DNA from: an uncultured Gemmatimonadales bacterium
GTDB taxonomy: Bacteria; Gemmatimonadota; Gemmatimonadetes; Longimicrobiales; RSA9
Length of the DNA: 64,000 nt
Direction of reading: 5' to 3'
Assembly (NCBI GenBank): GCA_963798085.1
Contig: CAWCRS010000007.1
Coordinates: 640,001 to 704,000 of the forward strand
Position 1 is the stretch's first letter. Every line of letters starts with the position of its first letter. The notes beneath the pieces are model-generated. The model made no database searches. It was not told where the DNA came from and saw nothing but the letters and a program-made list of their open reading frames with translations. The position numbers were made by a program, and so were the translations under genes. Below, in pieces: positions 42,658 to 54,360 of this stretch.

Positions 42658-43878
42658 TCACGAAGCCGACGGGTCGCCGACGCGGCCCATGAACAGGATC
42701 GTGCCCGACGAGCGCTCGCGGATCGCGAACAGGAACGGCCGGTCGAACACGAGCGAGGGCGGCAGCGACGTCACGCCAATGCCAACCGCGGTGGCGGCGG
42801 CCGCCTCCGTGCCCAGCTCGTGCACATCGATGAACGTCTTGTGCTCGACGCGCGAGATATAGAGGTCGTTTCGTGAAGTCGTAATGCGACCGAAGTCCGC
42901 CTGAAGCGGCAGGAACGCGACCGGCATCCCCATCGACTTCAGCGCATCATCCAGTCGCACGCCGAAATCGAAGCGGAACTTCGGCATGATCGTGATCAGC
43001 CGCCCCGGCTGCAGCTGCGCCATCCAGCTCTGCCAGCGCTGCGGTGTGAGCGAGACGATGAGATCGCTGAGCTTGCCGCCCGGCGGCGGCGCCACCACCA
43101 CCATGCTGAACGCACTGTCCGCATACAGCAGCTCGACCGCCTGGATCTCGCTGTTGTTGACGAATGGCCGCGTCGCATCCCCCGACATCGTCGCTACGCT
43201 GACCTGCGCACCGCTGAGTGTGGTGAACGGCGCGTTGCCCGTGGCGTCAGGATTGAACGGCGTGCTCCAGGGCGCCTTGAAGTAGACCGCGTTCACCAGG
43301 AACATCACCTCCGCCGGATCGATCTGCTGGACCAGATCCTTGATGCGTCCGCCGGTTGCGTCTTCCGCCCAGTGGCTGATCGTGCCCGGCGCCGAGGCGG
43401 AGCGGAAGTCGATCGATCGGACTTCCGCATCGAACCAGTTCTTCGCCGCGTCCAGGAACGGCTGCTCCACCGAAAACGTCTGCTCGTACCAGATCGAATT
43501 CGCCAGCCTGAACTCGACCTTCGAGTCACGGGCGCGCAGCTGCTGGATGAGCCCCTTGTACGCCGCGTTCACATCCGCTTCCGCCATGCCGCCGAAGCCC
43601 AGCACATCGCGCATTTGGGAGAGGGTCTCGCCCTGCGCGCCATTCGCCGTCATGCCCAGCGCCATTGACGCACTGAGCGGCGAGACCATGACGTTCGGTG
43701 CGCTGGCGCTGCCCGCTGTTGCGGAGAACAGACGGAGCCCAAACGAAGTGTTAGCGCTGGAGACGCGGAGTTCGTCGGCGGTGAAAGCTCGGGGCGGCTC
43801 CGTCGGCAGGACATCCGTGGCGGAGTGGCAGGCCGAGAGCGCTGCTGAGAACAGAAGAGTGGCGGCGAGCTTCTTCAT
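42658..43878 (-). CDS. Serpin family lipoprotein
   Basis: LSAC lipobox, NVMVSPLS, NAVYFKAPW, hinge GTEAAAAT, FDRPFLF. Confidence 0.95.
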   Translation of the reverse strand: MKKLAATLLFSAALSACHSATDVLPTEPPRAFTADELRVSSANTSFGLRLFSATAGSASAPNVMVSPLSASMALGMTANGAQGETLSQMRDVLGFGGMAEADVNAAYKGLIQQLRARDSKVEFRLANSIWYEQTFSVEQPFLDAAKNWFDAEVRSIDFRSASAPGTISHWAEDATGGRIKDLVQQIDPAEVMFLVNAVYFKAPWSTPFNPDATGNAPFTTLSGAQVSVATMSGDATRPFVNNSEIQAVELLYADSAFSMVVVAPPPGGKLSDLIVSLTPQRWQSWMAQLQPGRLITIMPKFRFDFGVRLDDALKSMGMPVAFLPLQADFGRITTSRNDLYISRVEHKTFIDVHELGTEAAAATAVGIGVTSLPPSLVFDRPFLFAIRERSSGTILFMGRVGDPSAS

Positions 43879-43920
43879 GGTCCTACCTCTGCAAGGTCGC
43901 ATCGTCTGCAAACGACATCA

Positions 43921-44114
43921 GCTCACGCGGAGGCGCGGAGGCGCGGAGGCGCGGAGTCGGTCTGGCCGGGTCTTGCGCTGACCCCCGGGGCTGCACGCCA
44001 GAGCTGCGATTCTTCTTTCTGTTAACAGATTAACAGATTTCTGCTCTGAGTGGTGTTCGATTCCCCTCCGGATCGGTCGGGCGCCTCTCTGCGCCTCCGC
44101 GCCTCTGCGCGAGC
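43921..44114. repeat. REP/MITE-like element with inverted arms made of 8-bp tandem units
   Basis: Left gctca(cgcggagg)x~4 at 43921-43956; right ctctgcgc-ctccgcgc-ctctgcgc-gagc at 44087-44114. Confidence 0.7.
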
Positions 44115-44192
44115 TGGATCTGTTCTCCGCGCCCTCTCCGTTTACCTCTGCAACTCAACGTTTGCCCTGCCTCCAGGCTGACAGCTGACGCC

Positions 44193-45501
44193 TCACACCA
44201 CGTTGGCCGGTCTCCGCGCACTCTCGACCTGGAACTCATCGGTCAGCCGCGCCGCAAGCTGTGTGCCCTCTCTCTCGCGCAGGAACATCATCAGCAGCAG
44301 ACCGACCACGAAGAAGAGGAGGATGCTGGACATGGCGAGGCGGTGACTGCCGGTGATGCGCAGGGTGGTGGTGTAGAAGAGCGGGCCGAGCAGGGACGAC
44401 ATCTTGCCGGAGAACGCGTACAGGCCGAACAGCTCCGCCTGTTTGTGCTCGGGGACCAGTTTGGCGAGCAGGCTGCGGCTGGCGGACTGGTTGGGACCCA
44501 TCATGATGCCGATCAGGGTGGCGGCCAGCCAGAAGCCGGCGACGGTCGTCGTCGCCACGCCAATGATGGTGGCAATGGCGAGGCCGACGAGGGTGATGAT
44601 CATGGTGCGCTTGCCGCCGATCCTGTCGTCGACGAAACCGAAACCGAACGCGCCAATGCCGGCGGCCACGTTCAGGCCGATCGCCATCACCAGCACCTTC
44701 TCGAGGGGCATGCCGAGCACGGCGCCGGCGTAGATCGCGGCCATGTCGATCACGGTGATGAGGCCGTCGTTGTAGATCATGTGCGCGATGATCAGCCTGG
44801 CGGCTTCGCGCAGCTCGTGCAGGTGGCGGATGGTGACGGCCAGGCGGTGGAAACCCTGGCGCACGTACATGCCGAGCGGCGCACTGCGGCGCTCGGCGCG
44901 CTCCTTCACGCCGAAGAAGATGGGCAGCGAGAACACGAAGTACCACGCGGCCACCAGCAGGATGGTGGAGCGCACGTTCAGGTAGTTCGTGTGCGGCACC
45001 CAGCTCTGCACCATGCCCAGGCCGAGCGCCAGGCAGAGCAGGCCGCCCACGTAGCCGAGGAAGTAGCCGTAGCCGGAGATGCGGCCGATGTTCGAGCTGT
45101 TCGAGAGCTCCGGCAGGAAGGCGTTGTAGAAGACGTTCGACGCCTCGAACCCGGTGTTAGCGAAGATGAAGAGCACGGCCGCCGGTCATGGCCTGGCCGG
45201 GGCCCATGAAGAAGAGGGCGACCGTGAACGATGATCGCCTGCACCGCCGAGAGCACGAGGAAGAACTTCTTGCGGCCGGAATAATCCGCGATGGCGCCCA
45301 GCACGGGCATGAGCAACGCGACAATGACCGCCGAGATGTTGAGGGCGGTGCCCCAGAGCACAGTGCCCGATGTTGCTGCCGGCGATCACGTCCGTGAAGA
45401 AGCGGTTGAAGATGAACGTCACGATCGAGCGTGTTGAACGCCGAGCTGCCGAAGTCGTAGAGAGCCCAGCCCAGCACATCGCGGCGCGTGAAGTCGCTCA
45501 T
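44193..45501 (-). CDS. MFS transporter (UMF1/Atg22-like); about four frameshifts in the 5' part
   Basis: GWALYDFG, LGAIAD.SG.KK, FYNAFLP, GRISGYG, YNDG, SASRSL, FGLY..GK. Confidence 0.85.
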
Positions 45502-45531
45502 GTTCCTCCGTGCACGGGGTCGCTCATGGCC

Positions 45532-48500
45532 TCAGCGCTGGCGCGCGCCGCCGTCATTGGCGTTCGCGCTTCCCGGCGGCAGCACCGGCTTCAGGCGATA
45601 GACGCTGCGCATCACGCAATCGTCAAACTCGGTGTTGGTGTGCTCGATGCGGTTCACGCCGTGCGCCAGATAGCGGAGCAGCGCGGACGTGTGCGCCAGC
45701 CCGGCGCCCGCGACCAGTTCGAGCCAGTCGCCGCGCGCGGTCTCGTCCGGCGCTTCCGTGGTCAGGTTGAAGTAGGAGATGCGCGGGCTGTTGGCCGCGC
45801 CACCCCGGCCGCCGCCTCGCCCGCCGGCGGCGGCAGCGCCGCCGCCCGGCCCCAGCGCTCGCCCGCGCAACGACTCGTACACGAGAATGCCGTTGCGAAA
45901 GTCCTCCCGGAAATTCTCGACATCCTGCCGGCCATACTTCTGGTAGCGCGCGTACAGGCGGCGGTTCACCGGCTCCATGGGCGACGAGGTGATGGCGCGC
46001 GCCACGGAATCGAGGATGGCGAACTGCGCGGTTCTGTACTCGGGGTAGCGCGGATCGTCGACCCAGCTGAAGCCGGGCACGAACCAGCCGCGGGGCGCCC
46101 ACCAGCTGCGCTGCGTGCCCGTACGCCCGCGCACCCAGGCGCTGTAGCCGGCGAACAGCTGCACCCATTCGTGCGAGGGATAGCCGTGCAGGTTCATGTT
46201 GATGTCGGGCAGCCACGTTTCCGCCAGTTCCGGCCTTGCCAGGGATTCGGGATAGATCGGGTCCTCCTGGCCGGCGCCGCTGGTCGCGTCCACACCCAGC
46301 GCGCCCAGGTAACCGGCGTGCAGCATGAAATCCGGATTCTCCAGCTGCATCTCGTACGCCAGCCGCGCACCATCCGGATTCGTGATCGGATGCAGCACCA
46401 CGTTCACCTTGCGCAGCATGTCGCGATACGTCGAATCCGTGACCAGCATCTCGCCCATGCGCAGGATGTGGCTGGTGCTGGACACTTCATTGGCGTGCTG
46501 GCGACCCGAGAGCAGCAGTGTCGGCTTCAGTGCGTTGAGCTTGGCCTGCGAGATGAAGTGTGCGTCCATGGGCGGCAGGAAATCCGCGGCGAACGTGTTC
46601 TGGCCCAGGAACGAGCGCGTGATGAAGTACACGTGCACACCCGGGAACGTCGCGAACCGGGCCATGATCGAGTCGCTCTCGACCGGCGGGATCGGCGTCT
46701 TCCATTGCACCAGCCGCTGCCCCTTGTACTGGAAGCCGCGCGCGTATAACACGGGGTTATGGGTGCTGGCGGGGTGCGCGCTGCGCGGCAGTGTCGCCAT
46801 ACGGTCATAGGCGACCGTCGTGTCCCGCAGGGTGATGTGGAACGCCAGCTCGCCGACGCGATCGAAGGACAGCGCGTCCTCCGCCACGCCCGCGCGGTGC
46901 ATATCGCCCAGCACGTCGACCATGCCGCTGAGCAGTTCGGCCGGGAGCATTCTGCCTGTCGATCTGCTCCTCGCTTGCCTTCAGCCGGTTCTCCTCGTAG
47001 TGGTCGGTGGAGTCCACCGCGGTGACATCGAAGAGCAGGCGCGCGACGCCATCCTGTCCGGCCTTCACCGCAATGCCGCGCAGCTTCGGCGTCTCGGTGG
47101 GAAGGTCGGACAACGCGTAGCGATCGCGCACCGGCTCCTTGCCGCGCTCGCGCCAGGTCAGCACCAGCTCGGGAACACCGCGGTCCTTGCCCGTGAACGT
47201 GATCTTCGCGTGACCCGGACCGGGCTTGCCCGGCTTGATGTACGGCAGGATGCGACCGGCGTAGTTCAGCGCGCCCACGTTGTAGCGGCCGCCGATCAGG
47301 TCGAAGAGCGTGAGCGTCTCGAAGTAGATGTCCTCGTGCAGCGCCTCGAGCGAGGAGATCACTTCCTCGTCGACGCCAATGCGGTAGTTGGGCTCGCTGA
47401 GCGAGAGGTCGACGCGCAGCGCGTCGAAGTAGGGCGCGTTCCCGGGCGAGGGCCGGCCTTCCTGCACGTCCATGACGTAATCGGCGATCTTCGGGTACGT
47501 CTCCTTCTGCAGGTGCTCCCAGAAGCGCTCGGGGTCCGTGGCAATGCGCTGGTCCAACACGGTGTTGCCATCGGCCGTCACGTTCACCCAGCCGGTGGTG
47601 ACGCGCACTGACTCGTACTCCGGGAAGCTGTCGAAGAAGGGGCGCACCGCGTACTTCGGGTCGAAGCTCCGGTCCAGCAGTGTCGGCGCCCGACGGATCG
47701 GTCACGTGAACCGTGTAGACCGGCTTGTCCACGAGCCTTGGCGTGAAGCGCACGAGTGAATCCGGGATGGCCAGCTCGCGCGCGAAGATGGCGTCGATCG
47801 GGTAGATCTCCTGCAGCCAGCGTGTGTCCGACTCGGCGACCGACCAGCGTACTTCCTTGGAGTCCTTGATGGAGTGGTAGGTGATGTCGATGTGGCCGAT
47901 GCGCTTGCCGCGCAGCTGCGGCAGGATCACGTCGTTCAGCCAGCTGTAGCCCTGCTTGTAGGCGGAGAGCACGACCACGTCCGCGTTGCTCACGCCCTTG
48001 GACTGCAGCTCGCGCTGGATGTCGTGCTGCAGCTGGGCGCGCTCCTCCGGCGATTCACTGACGCGCAGCTCGACGCGCACGCGCTGGCCGCCGCGCAGCT
48101 TCGGTAGTGCCTGCGTGCGGAAGACGTTCCAGAAATCGTCGACTTCCCATGGGATGTCGAAGGTCTGCGTGAAGATCTGTTTGTTGACGCCGAAACCGGT
48201 GGGGAAGGTGGTGACGCCCACGTGTGCGCGCGGGAAATGCTGGCGCGCCAGCGCGCCGGCCCAGCGATCGAGGCCGTCGGGCCGATCGCGCGTGGCGATC
48301 TCTATGCCGATCGAGTCGATGTCCTTGCCCTTCAGCCGTTCCAGCCACTGGCGCAGCTTCACGCCGGCCAGCGCGATCTGGCCGGGCGTCTCCTTCGCCT
48401 GGAAGAAGCGACGAACCCCGGTCTCTACATCATCTAACCCGTAGTTGCCCTTGCCGTAATCCCAGAGCCAGGGCATGCGTTGCGATACGTAGTTGCCGAT

Positions 48501-49940
48501 GGCGCGCTGGCCGGCGCCATCGCCGCCCGTGATGACAAGCGCGTTATGTCCATCCAGCCCGCCCTTCACGAACTCGATGGCGCCTTCACCGGGCGAGTCG
48601 CCGCCGGCGCGCAGCTGGCCGGCCTGGCGCAGCCGCTCGGCGCGGTAGTTGTGCGCGCCGTAGAGGATGGGAAAGCCGCGCGACTCGGGGTGATCGTCCT
48701 GGCCGGCCGCGCGCGCGAAGGGCAGGCGCATGCCCGCAGTCTCGAGGCCAATGCGCGCCGCGAGATCGACGGCGCCGTCCAGCGCATCGCCATCGAGCGA
48801 GAGGTACGCGTCCGTGCGATCGGGCACGAGATCCTGGTTGGTGTCGCGGAACAGCCCGCTCGTGCTGTAGAGATCGGAGAGTGTGAAGTCCGGCGACTCG
48901 CGCGTGCTGAACTCGTTGCCCGCGCGCGTCTGCCATGGCCTCGCCGGCAGCAGGTGCGCGGTCTCCGTGCGGCCGGGTGCGGTGAGACGAAGGTCGATGC
49001 GCTGCAGATCCGGGAACTGCAGCTCGCCGCGGCGGACCGTGCCCTGTGCAGCGGATTCAGGCGACGCACCTCGCCCGGCGCCGCCCGCGCGACCGCCGCC
49101 CGCGCGACCACCGTCGGCGCCGCGAGCCGCACCGCCGGCGCGGCCAGCGGTGCTGTCCGCACGCAGCGAATCGTCGCTCAATGCGGCCAGCGCACGCGAC
49201 ACGACGGTGCTGTCGGGAAGCGTGACGGAAGCGAGAACGCGACTCACGCCGCGGTTGGATGCGTCGACTGTAATGCGATCGATCGACACATCGGCAGTGC
49301 CGAGATTGCGGCCGTGCAGGAAGCGATTCAGCCGGCTGGCGACATCCTCGTACAATGCGCCGTTCAGGCTCCAGATCGAGGGGTAGCGGCCGGAAACGTA
49401 CCCGGCAATGGCGGCGACACCACTGGCATCGCCGCCCTCCAGCAGGACACCGCCCGCATGGAAGAAGTCGTTCGCATGGATCAGCGACAGCGCGCCCTCA
49501 CCGGCAGTCAGTGCAGCGGCGGCGGCGCCCGCGCGGCGGGCTAACGCATTGTTCGAGCCGATCACGATCACCGGCGCGTCGTAGCCGCTGACATGCGCCG
49601 TGTCGTAGCCGACCAGCCCCAGGTCGAAGGCGGAGGTCTCGTAACCGAGTCGCGCGGCGATGTTGGAGGCGGCGGCTACATCCGCGGCCGACGGCTGCGC
49701 GGGAAGGATGATGCGCGCATCGACATAATCGACCACGTCATCGTCGTTCCGGTCCTGCAGCAGGAAGCCGCGCGTCCAAATGTCGCGTACGTCCGCGGGC
49801 ACCTGCGCGCGTGGCGGCGGGCGCAGCGCGCGCGTCGCTCCCAGCGCGAGCGGTGGCAGCGCCGCGCAGAGCAGCAGGGCAGGGAGCCAGCCACGCAGAC
49901 GCGCGCCGGTCCGGGCCGGGCCATTTCGCCGGTTTCTCAT
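45532..49940 (-). CDS. Large secreted M14 zinc carboxypeptidase-domain protein; frameshifts near 47685 and 46950
   Basis: C-terminal GRQHANE, NPDG, NLHGYPSHEW; N-terminal duplicated D.N.D.V.D...AARLG.ET units. Confidence 0.8.
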
Positions 49941-50109
49941 GCAAGTCTCGCCGAACGGGCTCAAGAGTGTTCGTGGTATACTGCGCGCGCGCCGTGGCAG
50001 CGGCAATTGGCGGGGTCCCAACGCAGGCTTTCCCATTCTCGGCTGACCGCTGAACCGCGCACAATCTGGAGTGCGGCGCGTGCCGCGCAGACTGCCCTTC
50101 CGGACCACA

Positions 50110-50129
50110 GTGATAACCGTGGTTATAAC
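50110..50129. promoter_or_regulatory. Palindromic operator of the TA operon
   Basis: gtgataacc-gt-ggttataac upstream of the antitoxin. Confidence 0.65.
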
Positions 50130-50167
50130 GTGAGAATGCGTCGGTTGTCCACGGGAAAGGCGGGCGC

Positions 50168-50395
50168 ATGACGAAGCAGACGGTGATCCGCGCGATCGGC
50201 AACTCGGCGGGAGCCACGATACCGAAGGCAATGCTGGAGCGATACCATCTGGCCGAGGGTGATGCCGTGACGCTGGTGGAAACGCCCGATGGCATTCTGA
50301 TCACGCCCTATGATCCGGCGTTCGCGGAAGCGATGGCCATTTATGTGGAGGGAGCGAAGAGCTACCGCAACGCCATGCGCGAACTCTCCCGGTGA
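50168..50395 (+). CDS. AbrB/MazE-like antitoxin
   Basis: IGNSAGATIPK...L.EGD.V...GI.ITPYD; YRNAMREL. Confidence 0.9.
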   Translation: MTKQTVIRAIGNSAGATIPKAMLERYHLAEGDAVTLVETPDGILITPYDPAFAEAMAIYVEGAKSYRNAMRELSR

Positions 50396-50826
50396 TCCCG
50401 CGGCGTCGGGAGCCGCGCTGGGTGGATCGTGCCGTGGTTCTCGCCATCCATGCGGATCAGATCCGTCAGCACGGAGGTGCTCAGGGAACGCGTGACGAGG
50501 GGGCGCTCGACTCATCTCTTGCACGGCCGCAGAACCGCTGGCACCACGAGCCGGACGCTGACTTGTGCGACCTGGCTGCAGCGTATGGATTCGGCATCGT
50601 GCGGAGCCACCCGTTCACGGATGGCAACAAGCGCACGGGCTTTCAGATGACGTACGTGTTCCTGGGTCTCAACGGCTACCGCATCAAGTCGTCCGAGGAA
50701 GATGTGGTGCCCATCATCTTCCGCGTTGCGGAGGGCAGCACAGACGAGTCAGCGCTTGCGGACTGGCTCCGTGCAAAGGTGGTGCGACGCCGGCGTCGTC
50801 AGTGTTGTGGCGTAAGCGCGAAGTAG
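50392..50826 (+). CDS. doc: Doc/Fic family toxin (death-on-curing)
   Basis: HPFTDGNKRT motif; GTGA overlap with the antitoxin. Confidence 0.92.
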   Translation: MIPRRREPRWVDRAVVLAIHADQIRQHGGAQGTRDEGALDSSLARPQNRWHHEPDADLCDLAAAYGFGIVRSHPFTDGNKRTGFQMTYVFLGLNGYRIKSSEEDVVPIIFRVAEGSTDESALADWLRAKVVRRRRRQCCGVSAK

Positions 50827-51485
50827 ACCTTGCCATGGCCCGGGCTGCGCTCGTGGCCGATCAGCACTGACGACTCCGGGAACGCGTCCGTCAGCAGCAG
50901 CCTCGCCTCACTCATTTCCGCGGGTACATCGAAGACCAGGCGGGTCTCGTACGACTCGCCCGGACGCAGCGGCGTGGTGAACGGCGTGGAGCCGCCCAGC
51001 AGATCGGGCGCGATGTACGAGGGCGCCCACGACCGTCCATCGAAACCCACCAGCCGTACCTGCCGTGAACCCGGTGTTAGTGGTGCGCTGCGCGGGCGAC
51101 GACTCGAGATCGTGTTCTCGTCGAAGCGCGTGCGCACGGTCACGATCCAGAACTGGCCGGTCGGCGTCACTCGCTCCTGATCGGTCCCCAGCGTCGTCGC
51201 GTTCTCGACGTTGGTTACGGAATACGCGAGATGACAGTCGAGTTCGCAGAAATATTTCTCCTCGCCCGGCTCCAGCAGTCGGTCACGGCTGAGCAGCGAG
51301 CTGGCGCCCATGGCACCTGTGTACATGGCTGTCAGCGTGACGGTGGGGATGAGGACGAGGCGCATGGGTCCGAAGCGGCGGGTGAGCAGCAGCCAGCCGA
51401 GGCTGATCAGGGCGAGGGCGAGCAGCGCGCCGGTTCCGATGAAGGCGAGCACCACGACGGGTGCGGCAGCGGGCATGAAGTACAC
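50799..51485 (-). CDS. Membrane protein with two TM helices and a DUF4352-like Ig domain
   Basis: GGAGGAAGAGG RBS, YFCELDCH, LRPGESYETRLVFDVP. Confidence 0.65.
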   Translation of the reverse strand: MYFMPAAAPVVVLAFIGTGALLALALISLGWLLLTRRFGPMRLVLIPTVTLTAMYTGAMGASSLLSRDRLLEPGEEKYFCELDCHLAYSVTNVENATTLGTDQERVTPTGQFWIVTVRTRFDENTISSRRPRSAPLTPGSRQVRLVGFDGRSWAPSYIAPDLLGGSTPFTTPLRPGESYETRLVFDVPAEMSEARLLLTDAFPESSVLIGHERSPGHGKVYFALTPQH

Positions 51486-51639
51486 GGTTCCTCTTCCTCC
51501 TGCGGGCGCGAGAGCGGGTCGCGCATCTGAGCGAGTGGAGGGAAGGATAGGGCGGGGGCGTGGCATTGTCAAGTACTTTGTAATGCAGAGAACCTGCACG
51601 GCTTGCCGGGCCGCTGAGGATCAGGATCAGTGTCGGACA

Positions 51640-51753
51640 CTACTTCCTGCTGCGGCGCTTCCGGGGTGGTAGCTCGTCGCCCGGGACTGTTGGGCTGCCC
51701 TTCCCAACGCGTGCGAGGATATCCTTGTACTTCTTCGGGTCCGCCAATGCGAT
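51640..51753 (-). pseudogene. C-terminal remnant of a HicB/RHH-like antitoxin
   Basis: Reads ADPKKYKDILARVGKGSPTVPGDELPPRKRRSRK*; no N-terminal domain. Confidence 0.4.
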
Positions 51754-51782
51754 ATCGCAATGAGGGACACACAATCCGCCGC

Positions 51783-52995
51783 CTACACGTCCTCCTCGAC
51801 CTCCACGCCACTCTCCTCAATGCGGCGGACGATCTCGCGCACGTGCTCGCGGCCGCGGGTCTCGACGTTCATGACGATCTCGACGTCGCCGACGCGGATG
51901 TCGGCGAAGGCGCGGCGGTGTGCGACCTCGAGCACGTTGGCGCCGCATTCGGCGACGGTGTCGGTGAGGCGTGCGAGCATGCCGGGGCGGTCGCGGACCT
52001 TGACGGCGAGGCGGGCGAGGCGGCCGTCGCGCACGAGGCCGCGATCGATGATGCGGCCGAGGATGTTCACGTCGATGTTGCCGCCGGAGAGGACCATGAC
52101 GGCGAGGTCGTTTTCGCTGAGCGGGATGCGGCCGGCGAGCAGCGCGGCGAGGGGAGCGGCGCCGGCGCCTTCGGCCATGATCTTCTGGCGCTCGAGCAGG
52201 GCGTAGACGGCGAGCGCGATCTCCTCCTCGGAGACCGTGACAATGTCGTCGACCAGGCGCTCGATCATGGGGAACGTGCGTTCGCCCACGCGCTTGGTGG
52301 CGATGCCGTCGGCAATGGTCTCGGAGGTCTCGATGTGGACGACGTGGCCGGCGCGGCGGGAGGCGAGCGCGGAGGCCGCGGCTTCCGCCTCCACCCCGAT
52401 CACGCGAACACGCGGGTTCGCATCCTTGAGCGCCGTGGCAATGCCGGAGATGAGGCCGCCACCGCCAATGGGCACGACGGCGACGGTCGCATCCGGCAAC
52501 CTGTTCGCTCAGCTCGAGGCCGATGGTGCCCTGGCCGGCGATGACACGCTCGTCATCAAAGGCGTGCACGATGGTAAGGTGGTGCTCGCGGGCGAGGCGC
52601 TGCACTTCGCCCATGGCGTCGGAGAGTGTGGCGCCGTGCAGGAAGATGCGCGCGCCGAAGCGTCGCGTGTTGGAGACCTTGACGAGCGGCGTCGCCTCGG
52701 GCATGACGACGGTTGCGGGGATGCGCAGGCGGGAGCAGTGCCATGCGACGGCCTGCGCGTGGTTGCCGGCGCTGGCGGTGACCACGCCGCGGCGGCGTTC
52801 TTCGTCGCTCAGGTCGAGCAGGCGGTTGAGTGCGCCGCGGTCCTTGAACGAGCCGGTGCGCTGCAGGCTCTCCAGCTTGAGGTGCAGCGGGCAGGGCAGC
52901 AGGTCGCGCAGCCCGAACGCGGGCGGGCAGGGTGTGGGCAGAACCCCGTCGGCAATGCGCTCGCGCGCGGCGCGGATGTCGGCAATCGTGCACAT
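51783..52995 (-). CDS. ilvA: Threonine ammonia-lyase with ACT domain; frameshift near 52500
   Basis: TGSFKDRG, SAGNHAQ, GQGTIG; then PIGGGGL, SGGNID, DRPG.L ACT domain. Confidence 0.92.
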
Positions 52996-53060
52996 GCGGG
53001 CAAGGTAGCGAAACCAGGGCGCTGCCGCGCGGCGGGAGAGCGATCGTCACCCGTTGCCGC

Positions 53061-53126
53061 GTATCACCCCCCGAAACCGCCTTCTTCCCTGTAGGACTTC
53101 TTCCTGGGTGAGAACAGCCCATGCGC
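53061..53126 (+). repeat. 66-bp direct repeat, copy 1
   Basis: 56/66 ungapped identity by manual alignment with 61649-61714. Confidence 0.9.
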
Positions 53127-53876
53127 CCCCGATTCGATTGCGTTCTGGCGGGAGCCGTTCAGCTAGGCGTGCGGTTCCTGCTGGCTGTAGCAGGAGGTTA
53201 CCCCCGTGATCGAATGGTTTGGCAGCGTTACGGCACCCGTGGAACTCCCGGGCCATCAGACCCACCACTGCGAGACTGGCGGGAGCTTGTGCGCCGCGCA
53301 GGCTCGGCGGTTGCGGTTGCAGTGGAGTTTCCCGAACTCAACGACGAGGCAGTCGCACAGATCGCCGGGGTCAGGGCTGCAGCGCTACGCGTGCCCATCC
53401 TCCTGGTCACGCGGTTCACGGAGGCGAATCCGGTTCGCCTGCCACATACCTCCGTGGAGGCGCTGGTCTGGATCAAGTCCGGACCGGAGGCGGTGCACAT
53501 GGCGCTTGCCGATCTGCTGAAGCGCTCGCCGATTCCGCAATTGACTGCGGCGGTGCAATCGTCCGGCGTGCTGTCGTCTGCGCTCAAGCGGAAGCTTCTT
53601 GTAGCGCTGGAAGCTGATCCCCCGTTTCGGACAGTGAAGCGGTGGGCGCGGGCAACAGGGTGCGGCCGCCGTGCCCTGGACAGGTCCTGGCGCAATCAGG
53701 TTGGCACTGCGCACAAGCCTGCAGAATTCCTGAAGGCAATCCTGGCGGTTCGCGGCGAAGACGGACGACCGGCTGGTGATGAGCATCGCCAGATGATCCG
53801 ATGGCTGTCGGGAACGCTCAGTTCATGCTCAGGTCAAGACTCGTCCAATCGAGCGCCGAGCGCGGGCAAATTCTGA
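53121..53876 (+). CDS. Degenerate receiver-like + AraC-like HTH regulator (possibly decayed)
   Basis: VPILLVT receiver-like strand; TVKRWARATGCGRRALDRSW HTH; P.EFL..I...R. Confidence 0.5.
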   Translation: MRPRFDCVLAGAVQLGVRFLLAVAGGYPRDRMVWQRYGTRGTPGPSDPPLRDWRELVRRAGSAVAVAVEFPELNDEAVAQIAGVRAAALRVPILLVTRFTEANPVRLPHTSVEALVWIKSGPEAVHMALADLLKRSPIPQLTAAVQSSGVLSSALKRKLLVALEADPPFRTVKRWARATGCGRRALDRSWRNQVGTAHKPAEFLKAILAVRGEDGRPAGDEHRQMIRWLSGTLSSCSGQDSSNRAPSAGKF

Positions 53877-54360
53877 CGCTCCGTCCCGTTGCAGCTCTGC
53901 CGCAGTCGAGATTGCTGCGATGTTCCCACCTTGCGGGCAAAAGGTTCCCACCTCGGCTCTTGCCGCTTGTCTCATCGTGCGCACAATGGATGTGACGCAG
54001 CGACACCGCGTCGATTTCTCAGCAGATTCCGAGCGAACCCAAGCAGCCTGGAGTGTGGCAATGAAGGCGATGACAGCAGCACCTGCAGTCGTCCTCTTTG
54101 GATGCAGCGCTGCGTGGTTCGCTCATGATCCAACAGCAGCATGAGAATGCGCGTCTGGGTTCAAGACTGAAGTCCGCAACAAAGCAGGTGACGTTGCTGG
54201 CATTCTGGGCGGAACGGTCTCGAAGGTGTCCTGTAAGGTTTGGGTCTCGCAACATCGGGTCGGCTTCTGGCGGGTTATGATGATGACGCACGCGGTGAAG
54301 GCGTGGGCCACTGCTCCAACGTTCGCCGAGTCTCCACGACAACTCCATCAGGAGGGAGCA

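Noticed and set aside
43926..43956. Tandem repeats as a possible CRISPR array
   Set aside because: 8-bp units without spacers, and no cas genes in the window.
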